A DNA stretch of 63,931 bases, filler included, from Bonamia ostreae (lineage: Eukaryota), in NCBI GenBank assembly GCA_040357525.1. It is 40 parts of 40 records of this genome, joined end to end, with 100 filler letters (N's around TTAATTAATTAA, not from the genome) between each part and the next. Parts side by side here need not be neighbours in the genome. Positions count along the whole stretch, not along the records: positions 1 to 1,513 come from JBDODL010001686.1; positions 1,614 to 3,125 come from JBDODL010001687.1; positions 3,226 to 4,737 come from JBDODL010001688.1; positions 4,838 to 6,348 come from JBDODL010001689.1; positions 6,449 to 7,958 come from JBDODL010001690.1; positions 8,059 to 9,568 come from JBDODL010001691.1; positions 9,669 to 11,178 come from JBDODL010001692.1; positions 11,279 to 12,788 come from JBDODL010001693.1; 32 more parts are not named here. The stretch is one strand, 5' to 3'. Positions 1-12,007 of the stretch are shown one piece after another. The translations under genes and the position numbers were made by a program. Under the pieces are notes generated by a model, which ran no database searches, was not told the DNA's origin, and was given only the letters and a program-made list of their open reading frames with translations. The first letter of the stretch is position 1, and each line of letters starts with the position of its first letter.

Positions 1-844
1 TGTCAAAATTCAGACCATACAACTTTAACTAGGGCTACACATGTAATTTTAACAGGGACCATTAAATACATGTAGTTCCCCAAATGCCCCTTCCAACTCC
101 AACATGTCCTATCACCCACCAGTAATCACTCATTTAAGAATGTAGAAAGTGCACTTTTAACTTTATTGTCAATTCATGCTGATTACAATTGAATAAATTT
201 AATGTAAATTTCAAGCAGTTTTCTTAAAGAACAGGGAAGTTATGTCCATTTAAGTATACACCAATCAGAATGCATTAAGAAACATATGCATGAGTGTCAT
301 TTACTAATTACCAGAAAATCGAATTTTGTAAGATATACCAACATATTAAATATGAATTTCAAAGGATTTCATTACACAATGAGAAAGTTTAAGCCAACTA
401 GAATTCAGCATTATCAACTAGAGACAGTTATAGCCATTATTTTAAGAATTTAGAGAATATGAATGGTGTTTGAAAGTGCCATATATTTTGAAATCATGAT
501 GTATTATGTGAATTTATAAGTAATCTGATTAAAAACATTGAAGTTAAAATGTATGCACATATGGGCAAAATGAAACCAGTTCAACAAATCTACAGGTCAA
601 GCCCTTTTGTATTAGTAGAAAAGTTTGAGCACACTCCAATGAACTGTTTCTGAGATCAATCCTGGAAACGCAAGTACCACAAAGAAAGAATAAGATTAAG
701 ACTGTGTGAGGTTTAATGCTGAGTCGGCAATATATCAGCCATATTTCAACAACTGTATGGACCAGTTTTGAGATCTGGGATCTCTGGCACTCGCAATGAG
801 CATACTCCCTTAGAAACACCAGAGATGTTTCACAGGCCAAGGAG

Positions 845-1222
845 TTATGATCTTGACATGGGACTGCCATTTAACATCCCCATCCGACAGACTATAAGAT
901 AAATGAGAAGAAACAGAGTAAAACCAATATAATCACAAACTTATGTTTGCATATATGCTTGAGTTAGCATCAAAGAGATGCAGACCATACATGAAAACTA
1001 AATTTTGAAATGTTAACAGATTTCCATAATTTTTAAATCTTAATCTGTAAAATATATTTTGACTAAATTCCATAATAATTTTTAAAAAAAATATGGAAAA
1101 ACTGAAAGCAAATTATTTCATTTTAAATGACTGCATTTCTATTGAATTTAGTTATACCATCTGCAGCTGCATATTGGTCCAGGCACATGGCATCCTGGTC
1201 ACTAAAGCACAAGTCTGTTAAT
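845..1222 (-). CDS. Possible last two exons (1222-1158, 891-845) of an unidentified host gene
   Basis: CAG/TAG acceptors and a GTATAA donor join in frame: LTDLCFSDQDAMCLDQYAAADVCRMGMLNGSPMSRS*. No family recognised. Confidence 0.25.
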
Positions 1223-1513
1223 CTGTATAAATGTAGATAAAAGAAAAACCAATTAAAACAATGAATGCATCTCAAATATAAAGATATTTAACTTGTTGTA
1301 ACTATAGTATCACACAGGGCACATTTGAAACTAGGTCTGAGTATCTTTGGCTAACTCGTGACATGATGTGTATCACGATACAGACATGCAATACAACATG
1401 TATCATGAAACAATTGTCAACAATTTGGTTCAATCATTCCTTCAGAATTTCCAGTTGATCTTTTTTTAAAGCAGTACATTTTTCAAATAAATAACCACTA
1501 CAACTTTAAAACA

Positions 1514-1613
1514 NNNNNNNNNNNNNNNNNNNNNNNNNNNNNNNNNNNNNNNNNNNNTTAATTAATTAANNNNNNNNNNNNNNNNNNNNNNNNNNNNNNN
1601 NNNNNNNNNNNNN
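1514..1613. other. Artificial contig spacer N44-TTAATTAATTAA-N44 (first of 39, recurring about every 1.6 kb)
   Basis: Identical 12-mer with stops in all six frames, flanked by N runs. Flanking contig lengths fall from 1513 to 1486 bp. Confidence 0.99.
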
Positions 1614-1825
1614 TTTGTTTCAATAATTGCAATTTTTTTACAATTTTGTTTTAATAATTGCAATTTTTTTACAATTTTGTTTTAATATTTGCAATTTTTT
1701 ACAATTTTGTTTCAATAATTGCAATTTTTTTACAATTTTGTTTTAATAATTGCAATTTTTGTACAATTTTGTTTTAATAATTGCAATTTTTGCACAAATT
1801 TTGTTTTAATAATTGCAATTTTTAA
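1614..1825 (+). repeat. T-rich minisatellite, ~31-32 bp unit, ~6 copies, probably intronic
   Basis: Repeated aattttgtttYaataattgcaattttttttac, upstream of an ACAACAG acceptor ending at 1917. Confidence 0.9.
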
Positions 1826-1917
1826 CTTTCGCAAATTTTTTCGCTAAATTTGTTTTATGTTTAACAATCTTTTTATACAACTCAAATTTAAAAATTGTCA
1901 CTGCTGTAACACAACAG

Positions 1918-2241
1918 GACAAATCTTTTGACTTTGACGATCCTACGGAGATAGAAGAAGTGCGAGTAGAAAGGAAACGAAAGGTGGAAGAGATAGATGA
2001 AAATAGCGTCGTCTTCGAGAAAGCGGAAATAGAAAGTCTAGACTTTTCAGAGAGTTCTTCGGATCGAGAGCCTGCGAAAAGAGAAGTCGTTTTGTTGCGA
2101 AAAAACAACCCCAAAAATTTTACATTTATCGGAGTGGTGGAGAGAAGTCGACCGCAGTTGCGAAAGCGCAAGAAGCGAAGGCGCATTTGGGAACCCGATA
2201 GTTTCGATGGCGACGATTATGAGAGTTTTGTAAATGACTAA
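1918..2241 (+). CDS. Terminal exon of an unknown charged protist protein with a basic NLS-like tract
   Basis: Open frame after a CAG acceptor: DKSFDFDDP...RPQLRKRKKRRRIWEPDSFDGDDYESFVND*. The ORF-track N-terminus is translated repeat/intron. Confidence 0.6.
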   Translation, partial: DKSFDFDDPTEIEEVRVERKRKVEEIDENSVVFEKAEIESLDFSESSSDREPAKREVVLLRKNNPKNFTFIGVVERSRPQLRKRKKRRRIWEPDSFDGDDYESFVND

Positions 2242-2605
2242 CATTTCTTGTTTTCAATTTGTAAATATTTCCAAAAAATTATTTAATCTTGAAAATTTCT
2301 AAAAAATTGCAAATTTTTATTTTATTTATTTGCGACATTTTTATGTAATGTTTTGACATTTTTATTTTATGTCTTGAACAAAATTTCTAATTATTAGTTT
2401 TGATGGAAAATTGGCAACTTTTTATTAAATGCAATGTTGCCCCATTTTAAAATATCGTTTAGAAAATTACATTATAAACACATAATTTTTTATTATATCG
2501 CAGATTTCTCAACAAAAATAAAAGCCGCGGCTTATTTTATTCTAATTATATATGCAAAGCTTATCTTTTAAACCGGTGCAACATATACGATTTCTCTAAC
2601 AAGAC

Positions 2606-3109
2606 ATGTCTTCCTTATTTTTCTCCAACGAATTCAAAAACATAAACATCGAAAATGCCAAGACATCGTCTTTGATGAAGGAGATGCAAGGATACAAACC
2701 AAAGACCTACTACAACGCATCCGAGCCCACGTACACAGAGAACGACATTATCAGCTTAAATATGGAATACGGTCTGAACAGCAAATCGAGAATGGACGAC
2801 AAATGCAAACGTGAAATGTACAAAACGGAGATGTGTGAAAATTGGGTCCAGAAGGGCTACTGCATCTACGGCTCGCGCTGCAAGTTCAGCCACGGAATGA
2901 CGGAGCTCCGAGAAAAGCTGCGAATCAAGAACTTCAAGACGAAGCCGTGCGTTGATTGCGCGAAGCGTGGTATTATTTGTGCCTTCAGAAGTCGGTGCAA
3001 CTACGCGCACCCGGGCGAGTATCTGCGGTACAAGTTTGGAGCCAGTTATTTTGATCGCGAATATGAGTTCAAGACAAATGGAAAGGTAGACAGAGGAGTA
3101 TATCTTTGA
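2606..3109 (+). CDS. Tandem CCCH zinc-finger protein (tristetraprolin/ZFP36/Cth family), intronless
   Basis: YKTEM-C-x8-C-x5-C-x3-H and FKTKP-C-x9-C-x5-C-x3-H with the family-typical 18-aa linker. Confidence 0.9.
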   Translation: MSSLFFSNEFKNINIENAKTSSLMKEMQGYKPKTYYNASEPTYTENDIISLNMEYGLNSKSRMDDKCKREMYKTEMCENWVQKGYCIYGSRCKFSHGMTELREKLRIKNFKTKPCVDCAKRGIICAFRSRCNYAHPGEYLRYKFGASYFDREYEFKTNGKVDRGVYL

Positions 3110-3225
3110 TTATATTGAGTTAAGTNNNNNNNNNNNNNNNNNNNNNNNNNNNNNNNNNNNNNNNNNNNNTTAATTAATTAANNNNNNNNNNNNNNNNNNN
3201 NNNNNNNNNNNNNNNNNNNNNNNNN

Positions 3226-4737
3226 CGATAAGGGGGAAAATGGACAAAGATCCGTTAAGCAAGGACACAAGTGGTATCATCAATGAGATAAATTGCCACA
3301 TGGCGCTTAATCTCGAAATTAATGTTTTCTCAGATTTCAAAAAAGCAAAATTTCAAAAATTTAAAAAGCTAAATTTAAAATTATTTAGACAAAAAGAAAT
3401 TCGTCTCGCGATTTGTTATCGAAAATTGAAGATCGACTAGAAAAAGTTAATTATATTGGAATAGCAAACACACGTGAGAGGATTTCGGTAGATGCCATGT
3501 TTTCTGTTGTTTCGAATGAATGGGTTGCCAAATTGGCTAAATTGAGAGAGCATCGAGTCAAAGTTGAAAATGGTGTTCGATTGGTGGATCTGTATAAACA
3601 GCATGAAAATATTGCAAGTAGCATCGAAAAGTTTATTTTCAAATTTTCTATTTATTTTTTTGTTTTTTCCTTTTCAATTTTAAAGTTTATTCATTTTTTA
3701 TTTTCAATTTTAATTATCAAATTTTTAGTTTAAATTTTTTTGTTTACAAATATTTATTTTTTAATTTTTTTTTGTTTTTCTTTTTCAATTTTTAAGTTTT
3801 TTTTTCATTTTTTTTTGTTTTCAATTTTAATTATCAAATTTTTAGTTTAAATTTTTTTGTTTTCAAATATTTATTTTTTAATTTTTTTTGTTTTTTCCTT
3901 TTCAATTTTAAAGTTTTTTTTCATTTTTTTGTTTTCAATTTTAATTATCAAATTTTTTGTTCTTTTTTCGTTTGTTTTTAAAATTTTTTTGTTATCAATT
4001 TTATTGTTTAAATTTTTTTGTTTCCAATTTTAATTATCAAATTTTTTGTTTTCAAAATTTTTTTGCTATTAAGTTTTGTTTTCTAGTTTAATATTTCCCA
4101 TTTTTTGTTATTTTAAAATTTTGTTTTACGTTTATTATTATTTTAACAAATTAAAAATTTTTGTTTTCAAACTCAATTAGACGCGAAGAAAACTTCTATT
4201 TCAAGTATTGTTGTGAATACGAAGTAAAAAACTTATTGGACGCGAAGCGGTGTATGTTCAGACTAAAATACGAAAAAGACAACAACAAATATTTTGTTTC
4301 TCAATTTACAATTCGCACTAAAATTTTGCTGTAAATCACACAGAAAATTTTGCTGACTTTTCTAAAACGACTAAAAAAATTCAAACTAATCGCAAACGCA
4401 AATTAAAAAAAATAGTTTAGAAAAGACGAAAAAACAATGGAAACTTTAGAAACTCAAATCAAACCGCTATCGAAAACATGTCTCCCGCCCTTGAACGTGA
4501 TCGACGAAACCGTCTTTAAAGACGCCAAAGCAAAATTGGCAGAAATTAAAAGAAGGACAGAAGAACGTTACGAAGAATCTTCAAAGAAACTATCCGATCT
4601 CATCGCGAGAGAACTGTGCAAAGAACGCGTCAACATAATGATCGGAGCGCATTCCGACGCTTGCCAAGAATTGGTGCAATGGTGTTCAGACCAAAGAGAC
4701 GTTATCGACGCCATCGAATGCGACGATGAAAAGATTG
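3226..4737 (+). CDS. Internal part of a multi-exon helical protein, possibly a spectrin-repeat/alpha-actinin-like rod
   Basis: Four exons join in frame via GTTT..AG introns. Trp/helix pattern (VVSNEWVAKL, YEVKNLLDAK, HSDACQELVQWC) resembles alpha-actinin repeats. Confidence 0.4.
3631..4140 (+). repeat. Intronic T-rich tandem repeat, ~115 bp degenerate unit
   Basis: tttcaattttaattatcaaattttt recurs near 3702, 3819 and 3933 inside a GTTTATT...ATTAG intron (3631-4180). Confidence 0.8.
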
Positions 4738-5158
4738 NNNNNNNNNNNNNNNNNNNNNNNNNNNNNNNNNNNNNNNNNNNNTTAATTAATTAANNNNNNN
4801 NNNNNNNNNNNNNNNNNNNNNNNNNNNNNNNNNNNNNAGGTCTTTTGCTGTGTTGATTTTCTTTGCATCTAAAGGTTAATTTAAAAAAAACTAGTCATTT
4901 GTAGCTGTTACTATAAAGTTTAGGTATTTTTTAATTTTTATGTATGATTCAATAAATTCATTAATATTTTTACATTTTTACATTTTTCTTCAAAAAATAA
5001 CGGTTAATTTTTAATCACAGCTATCTTTATGTAGCCGGTTTGCCTAAAAAACACAAAATTATGTAAATTATTTTAATTTGCTTATTATTCGATTTGAAAA
5101 CTAGTTTCTTATAAACAAACCGTTACTTCATTTTAAGTAGAATAAATACTCTAACACA

Positions 5159-5419
5159 ATGCCCCCATTTAATAAAATAAACCTGACGAATTCAGGCAAA
5201 CTTTATCAAACAAATGAAAACCGACCATCCGTAAAAAGAATAAAAAGGAAATTAGAGTCGGCGGATTTTATTAATAAACCGAGGAGGCCTTTTTGCTATA
5301 TAACAGATGAAGTGCATGAAATGGCTGTGATTTTGTTGAAAATTAGTAAGATTAACAAACATTTGCTGATGAGACAATATAAGAGGAAAAGAGGTTTGTT
5401 GAAAATTCGGAATAAATAA
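5159..5419 (+). CDS. Small basic hypothetical protein (86 aa)
   Basis: ATG-initiated ORF in a gene-dense contig, convergent with the SMT gene. Confidence 0.5.
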   Translation: MPPFNKINLTNSGKLYQTNENRPSVKRIKRKLESADFINKPRRPFCYITDEVHEMAVILLKISKINKHLLMRQYKRKRGLLKIRNK

Positions 5420-5658
5420 GATTTTTGTACATTTTTATTTGGTGTTTCAGATATCACTTTCAAAGCACTCCTTTTATCCAAATATCATTTATTTTTGTTT
5501 ATACCAACAATAGAAATCGTTCATTTGCATGAACTGCGCTGGTATATTTTACAAAATAAATCTAGAACAGTCTAAGGACAGTTTCTAATTTGATGTCTCA
5601 TTTATATTCAATGAGCATTTTAATAAGAACCACAAAAAATGATGTGATGATACATTTA

Positions 5659-6348
5659 TTACACAACAACCGGTTTCTTCGCAATAACAAACAGCATTGG
5701 CGTAAAAATACCTGTTTGGCCAGCTTCGAAAAGAGCATCTGCGCCTTTGGACAAAGTATTGTGTATTTGGCTGGTTCCTTTCGGAGCCAAATTTATTATC
5801 TCGAAAAACAGCAGAATTTTGTTGATGCACCACCGAGCAGCTTTTGTCATCGATAATCTATCCCATGAGAAACCAGGTGCAAAAACTTGATTCCAATGAA
5901 CGTCGTTTCCTTTGGATATTCTCGTTTTATATTCCGCCAGATCTTCGAACTCCTGTTCGTTTAAAATGATCAAATTGTCCAAAAAACGAAAAACAGACAA
6001 AGTAAAAATTGAAAAACAATAATTTCAAATCCACTTTTCTTTAACAATTCGAAAACGTCATTTTTCGAAATTAAATTAGCAATGCCGTTCCCCCTTTCAA
6101 TAGAAAGTTTCAGATCATTGTGGCTTTTGCTTTTTGGATCGTATTTCTCAGACATTACCCAATCATAGAAACCGAGTTTTCCTCCCGGTTTCAAAATTCT
6201 GAACATCTCGTCGAAAACAGCTGTTCTGTTTGGTGCGTGGCAAAAAGCCTCGATTGAAAAAATATTATCGAATTCGCCGTTTTCGAATTTTGTTTTCGTA
6301 AAATCTCCCTTAACCGAAAATTAAATATTTTAACCTCAAAACATATTC
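5659..6348 (-). CDS. SMT1: Sterol 24-C-methyltransferase (SMT1/ERG6 family), 3' part
   Basis: GDF..FD.IFSIEAFCHAP, EMFRILKPGG.LGFYDWVM, IERGNGI and C-terminal GIFTPMLFVIAKKP. Introns 6309-6334 (26 nt) and 5953-6017 (65 nt). Confidence 0.93.
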
Positions 6349-6449
6349 NNNNNNNNNNNNNNNNNNNNNNNNNNNNNNNNNNNNNNNNNNNNTTAATTAA
6401 TTAANNNNNNNNNNNNNNNNNNNNNNNNNNNNNNNNNNNNNNNNNNNNT

Positions 6450-7427
6450 TTTCTGCCAAAGCCTTCGTATAATCCGAATGATAAAGAAAAACTTGGATGG
6501 CGACTACGTCGGTCAAACAAATATGTTCTAGAACTATTGAACCCTTCCAATAGAATCGTTGCCAGCATATCTGCGGCATCGAAGATAATTTTGAAATATC
6601 GACTGGTGGTGAATTATAACAAAAAGAATATCACAATTCAGATAGTAAATACGGAAACTAGGCAAATTATGGATACGATTTATGTGAAAAAGAAATACCC
6701 CACATACGTTTACACGTTCTTTGGGCTTTGTGATCAATCCTACGGCAAAATATCTGTTAAATCCTTATCTCCTGGTTTCAAATTTAATAGAACAACAATG
6801 CTTCGCAGTTTGTATCTTTCAGGTGAGGATGACATTGTTCAGAATTACGAAAAGAATTATACTGAAAACTCCTTAATATTATTTTCGCAGGATATAGAAA
6901 TTCATGACTGCAGTAAATTCTGTGTAATTCCATTCACTTTATACCTCTTTCCCATTTCTCCTAAAGCAGAACGACAGATAGAACTATCATTCGGAAGTAC
7001 AACCAATACAGAGGAGGTCCTTCTTTTGTTTGATGATGTATGCACAAGCTCCTCAATTCATTTGTTAGGATCCTACACAAAATGTTTGTCCATAAATTCA
7101 GTTTTAGCATCTTCAATTATACCTAATTTAAATATCAATGGATCTTTTTCCTGTGTCCTTATTATTGACAAAGAAAACAACATGACAAGCATTGATGTTA
7201 ATGTACAAAGATATTATTTTCCCATGCCCCGTTCTCTTCGTACCTCAAACCCAGTTTTGCGTATAAAGCTATTTTCAAAAGTACACGTCACAGTTGAGCT
7301 TTTGGATAAAATTAGTTATCTTTACATATCATCTATCTTTAATGGTTTCTTTTTATTCAATGTAGTATCATATGTTCTGAATCAAGTAGATATGATATAT
7401 TTATTGTTTTTTAATGTTACTGCATAA
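6450..7427 (+). CDS. Long host-like exon, possibly divergent Neuralized homology repeat (NHR)-like domains
   Basis: Frame open from the contig edge for >320 codons. GFKFN...LYLS...SLILFSQDI and YTFFGLCDQSYGKISV loosely resemble the NHR start and end. Confidence 0.4.
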   Translation, partial: FLPKPSYNPNDKEKLGWRLRRSNKYVLELLNPSNRIVASISAASKIILKYRLVVNYNKKNITIQIVNTETRQIMDTIYVKKKYPTYVYTFFGLCDQSYGKISVKSLSPGFKFNRTTMLRSLYLSGEDDIVQNYEKNYTENSLILFSQDIEIHDCSKFCVIPFTLYLFPISPKAERQIELSFGSTTNTEEVLLLFDDVCTSSSIHLLGSYTKCLSINSVLASSIIPNLNINGSFSCVLIIDKENNMTSIDVNVQRYYFPMPRSLRTSNPVLRIKLFSKVHVTVELLDKISYLYISSIFNGFFLFNVVSYVLNQVDMIYLLFFNVTA

Positions 7428-9771
7428 GATTGTTGTTTTTGCAAGATCAATCAAACGTCGGCAGATACACTTGAAAGTTGCGAGAAGGGATACAAAACTA
7501 TGATATTTCCAAAGTGAATTTCTTTAGGGATTATGAAGCATTAAAAAATACCTACCCCACAGGATTCTTAAAGATATATTGTTTTCATACAGTCCTCATA
7601 TCTGGGCTTGTTGAAACCCATTGTTTGCACACAATTCACTTTCTGACTTCCTGTGGACATTGTTGTCAATTTTATGCTGACAGTATATTGTTAAAATTGC
7701 GGTTGCATTACACATTGTTAATGTATGCAATGCCAAAGTAGCAATAGATGATCACCGTTGTTTCCACAATAATAATTGGGTCAATCACAATTGATTATTA
7801 AACAAAGCATCATTGTGTGAAGGATTCTTCATATGTCGACTAAATATTTTCCAGTGAATCATCTGCACCATGAATAGGTGCAAATAACGATCAATCTCCT
7901 ACAAGGAATACAGAATGAAGAGTTCTGCAAGCACGATCCCTAGGATATACCATAAGTGNNNNNNNNNNNNNNNNNNNNNNNNNNNNNNNNNNNNNNNNNN
8001 NNTTAATTAATTAANNNNNNNNNNNNNNNNNNNNNNNNNNNNNNNNNNNNNNNNNNNNTTTCATCTCAAACCGTGTCCATTCCCCTTTAAGAGATTAGCA
8101 TGCTTCATACACATGGCTATGTACTAGTGTATATATAAAATAATATTTAACAATCTGCATATCATTTTGATTAACCCTACAACAAAATAAGCATTGTATT
8201 TCTATAATAGATTATAACAATATCAATATCAAAACATAATAAGTATAAGAAATACCACTTTATACGTTCGTATAATGTAGTTAACATGGACAACTTGTGT
8301 ACTAAGAATGGGGTCTATTTAACAAAGCAAGAATATTTATTTATTTATCCCATTGATGGATAACAAGATCACACTGGAAAAAGACACACACATATACACA
8401 CAAAGATATTTACACAAATATATACAATTTGCACGAACATTATCACTCCTTTTAATCTATATTACAATTTGCTAAAGGTACGGTTCCTATATCATTTACG
8501 TATTATTTTACCTCGGTTAGTGCTTTACAAATTTATCTTTCAAGCTCGGGAAAATCTTTGACAGGAGAGATATAGTTATATTCTAATTGTTTCTGTCTCC
8601 ATATACCGAATGATACACAAGTAAGCTCTAAGCATTGTAATACTTACATGATCGGAGCCTTCACTTCCAAAATCTACCAACTAACTTGTAAATGAAATAT
8701 CCATGTGTTATTTTTAGATAAATGTCAGATGATGTGTATTTTAAAAATAAACTGATCGAGATATACATAAAATATTGAAGGTACAGGCATATCTAAGTAT
8801 TGGAAAACAGAAAAAATAAATAGGGAGATCAGAATTGTTTTTCAAAATACCCGTTGCTTTCAATGAACACTTTATTTAAAACAAATGTTTTGAAGAATTC
8901 TATATTTAGAAATATTTGATTAATTAAGGAAAATTGCCGATAAAAATAGAATATCTTAAATGGTTATATGCATACAAAGCTGTCGTTTTCCCCTTTAATT
9001 TCAATCAATAATTGAATGCTGAATTATAGACCTTTATTGTGAGAAAAGCTTCTGGAAAAATAATACATTATAATAAAATGAAAGTATGCATCCATTTCAT
9101 AATGCAGGTTGTTTTTAGGCATTCCAAAATTAGATCACGTCTAAATTTTGGATATTTTTCAAACAGGTACAGTGGGAAGTTGTTTTTTTCATAAAATATA
9201 TATGGAAAGCAAGGGATTTGTAAAATTGTTAAACTGAACAAAGATAATCTAAATGTACAAGGTAATCATGCGATATTCTGTGTTAAAGTATTTTTATTGC
9301 TGTTTTGAAAGAAATTATTTATTGGTTTATCGAGCGAGGTTTCTAAAATTGGCCCCATACCAGGCTGTCATCGTTGTTGTTATATCTCCTTTTTCACAAC
9401 TTCTTCTTTAGAGCAACTATCAAAAGTGGATATATGAAAGTTCAAATCCTAAGATGCAAATATCCCCAACGGAGAGATGTATAAAATAATCCCATAGTTA
9501 TATTGTTTAAGAATATTATTGAAGGTGCATGGACACGATTTCAAATTCATTATTTCCATTTCCAATGTNNNNNNNNNNNNNNNNNNNNNNNNNNNNNNNN
9601 NNNNNNNNNNNNTTAATTAATTAANNNNNNNNNNNNNNNNNNNNNNNNNNNNNNNNNNNNNNNNNNNNCATACCCCCTAAACGAAAACAAAATAATTGGT
9701 TGATAGCAATTGCTGAATAAACTACGATTATTTCTTTCTTGCCTAATTGAGTTTGTGTTTGGAATACTTAC

Positions 9772-10796
9772 ACGCCCATGAAACTTCTCATGTGTGGATC
9801 ACTTTCAGCATAACACCTTGCTTCCTTCCAAATATTTTCTTCTTCATCAATATGAATCTGTATTCAATAAATTACGACCATATCACGTTTTTAGTATTTC
9901 GTACCATATTCAAGGAATTGTAAATAATTGGATTGGAAGAAATAATGTACTTGCATAGATTGTAGGAACTTCAACATTGTCCCAAAAAGAATTTCCTCCC
10001 AGCCTTACTTTGCTTTTTAGGTGTATTTCAAAAGTTTTTATCAATTGCCTTTGAATATCAGTCTTATGCTTCACCGAAATGGAATGTGTTTGATTCCATA
10101 ATTTATTTTTTACTTCCTTTCCACACATGTCTAAGCTATACATTCCTTGGGAACACGTCAAATGACCAGGGGAAGTCAGTTCTACCCCTAAACTACAATC
10201 GAGAACATTGCCCGAGAATAGTTTGCACCCAAAGGGAACTGTTAGTCGAAATTGTATTGTTGTACTCTTTCCACGCAAAACGTTATACGAGTTTTGAACA
10301 AGCTGAAACACAAACAGAATGACTTATTTTCATAACCTTAATGCAATACGAATATACTAAGAAAATAGTTAGATTTTCACTCCTTGTTTTGACTAATTAT
10401 AAATGCAGCCTATTACAATATATAATACTATTTGGAAATCCTTTTCAAACCTCTAAATTGATTTGGTTTTGAAGAATTTTCAAATATTGTTACAAATTTT
10501 AAATATGCATTTAACATCATTATATTTAGGTATGAATTCATAATTTCACAGCATAGTTAATTAACGTCTGATAAAGCAAATATTTACTGCATCCCCGCCC
10601 TTTTAACCTAATTATAAACTTCCAAAATCATTATTTGATAGCAATGGGGAAAATTAACCTAATGAAACATACGATACGTAAATTAACATGCGTATAACAT
10701 AAATACCTCTATGCCCGCGAAAAACTTTTCACTTTTTTGTGAAGAAGGTCCCGGGGGTCCTCGTGGTTTGTAGTATAACCTAACTGAGCAGGAAAT
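9772..10796 (-). CDS. Host VWD/EGF-domain (VWDE-like) protein exons 10796-10707, 10302-9955, 9857-9772
   Basis: SEKFFAGIE, FRLTVPFGC and CYAESDPHMRSFMG (VWD start C..DPH..F.G). One GC-AG intron. Confidence 0.8.
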
Positions 10797-11292
10797 CTAA
10801 TAAATAAACGAAAATATTACTCACAAACATATTTAAAACTTTTCGTGGCCAATTTTAAACGCAATAAGTAGAAAATAAATCACACTCGCTTAAATGACTC
10901 TCCGAACATTGAATTTTGAATATTTCAGTATGGTATAATGTACATTGATATATACTGGTATCTCATTGACCCAGTGATCAATTATTACGCTGCTTTTGAC
11001 ATTTCAAATACAACTATAGAACAACGGCATTGTATTGTTTTTTGTATTTTTATTTCAAAATGTTACATTCCGAAGAGTCAGGAAACACTGCGAAAGCACT
11101 AACACTATGGGTTCATTTGATATAGTCATCGCAGACTCTTATTTCTTACTTATCTTTCTATTGTCCAATCTCTCTCTGNNNNNNNNNNNNNNNNNNNNNN
11201 NNNNNNNNNNNNNNNNNNNNNNTTAATTAATTAANNNNNNNNNNNNNNNNNNNNNNNNNNNNNNNNNNNNNNNNNNNNGAATTATTACATAC

Positions 11293-12007
11293 TTGTGACT
11301 TGAGAGATATTCCTACATCCACCTAAGCTGCGAAGATTTCCAATGACGGCAAATATGGAAAACGTATACAACGTTCCTGGATGAAGTCCCGCTATTGTTG
11401 TGGTCTGTGAGCCTTTAGAAACACATGGCTGTTTTTCAGAAATACGTGATTGTTCAGATTGAATACAGAGCTCTTTCGTTCCATTATCTGTTCTAACCTT
11501 CGTTAGATCGAGGGTGATGTTGTTAGCAGTATATGAGGACACAAGTTGACCATTGCATTTCGGTTTCTGTGGCTCTGTGCAGGAAAGCAGCATTTATAAG
11601 TGTATTGATATGTTATATCTGACTTTTCAAAAACGAGATTAGTTTGCAGAATACGGCAAACAAACAGTCAAAATCAGCTAATTAAACGTAATTTTACCGA
11701 GTGCAATGAAACATACTTGTGGTAACTGTCAACTTGCAGTCAGTGCTATCTGTTCTTCTTTCTAGTCTGGAATCGACAGCATATATTGTGAATGTATAGT
11801 TTGTTCCTGATTCCAGACCCTCAAGCAATACAGTGTCACTGGTTTTCTTGAAACATTTCTTGTTGTTTTCATAAGTTGTGACAGGTGGAGTGCTTTCCAC
11901 ACAGATCTGTTCCACCACTTGGTTAGTTGTAATACTACTACGACGGAGCGTTACAACGCTACTGCTGACATTTTGCACCAAGAGACTTTTGTTCCGACAA
12001 GTGAGTT
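11293..12007 (-). CDS. Two phase-1 fibronectin type III exons (12007-11717, 11574-11293) of a host receptor-like protein
   Basis: LEGLESGTNYTFTIYAV and IAGLHPGTLYTFSIFAV FN3 motifs. GTATGT donors. Confidence 0.85.

Noticed and set aside
1558-1569. Regularly spaced TTAATTAATTAA resembling a repeat array or CRISPR
   Set aside because: Always embedded in N runs between length-sorted contigs, so it is a synthetic linker. ORFs containing X runs are artefacts.
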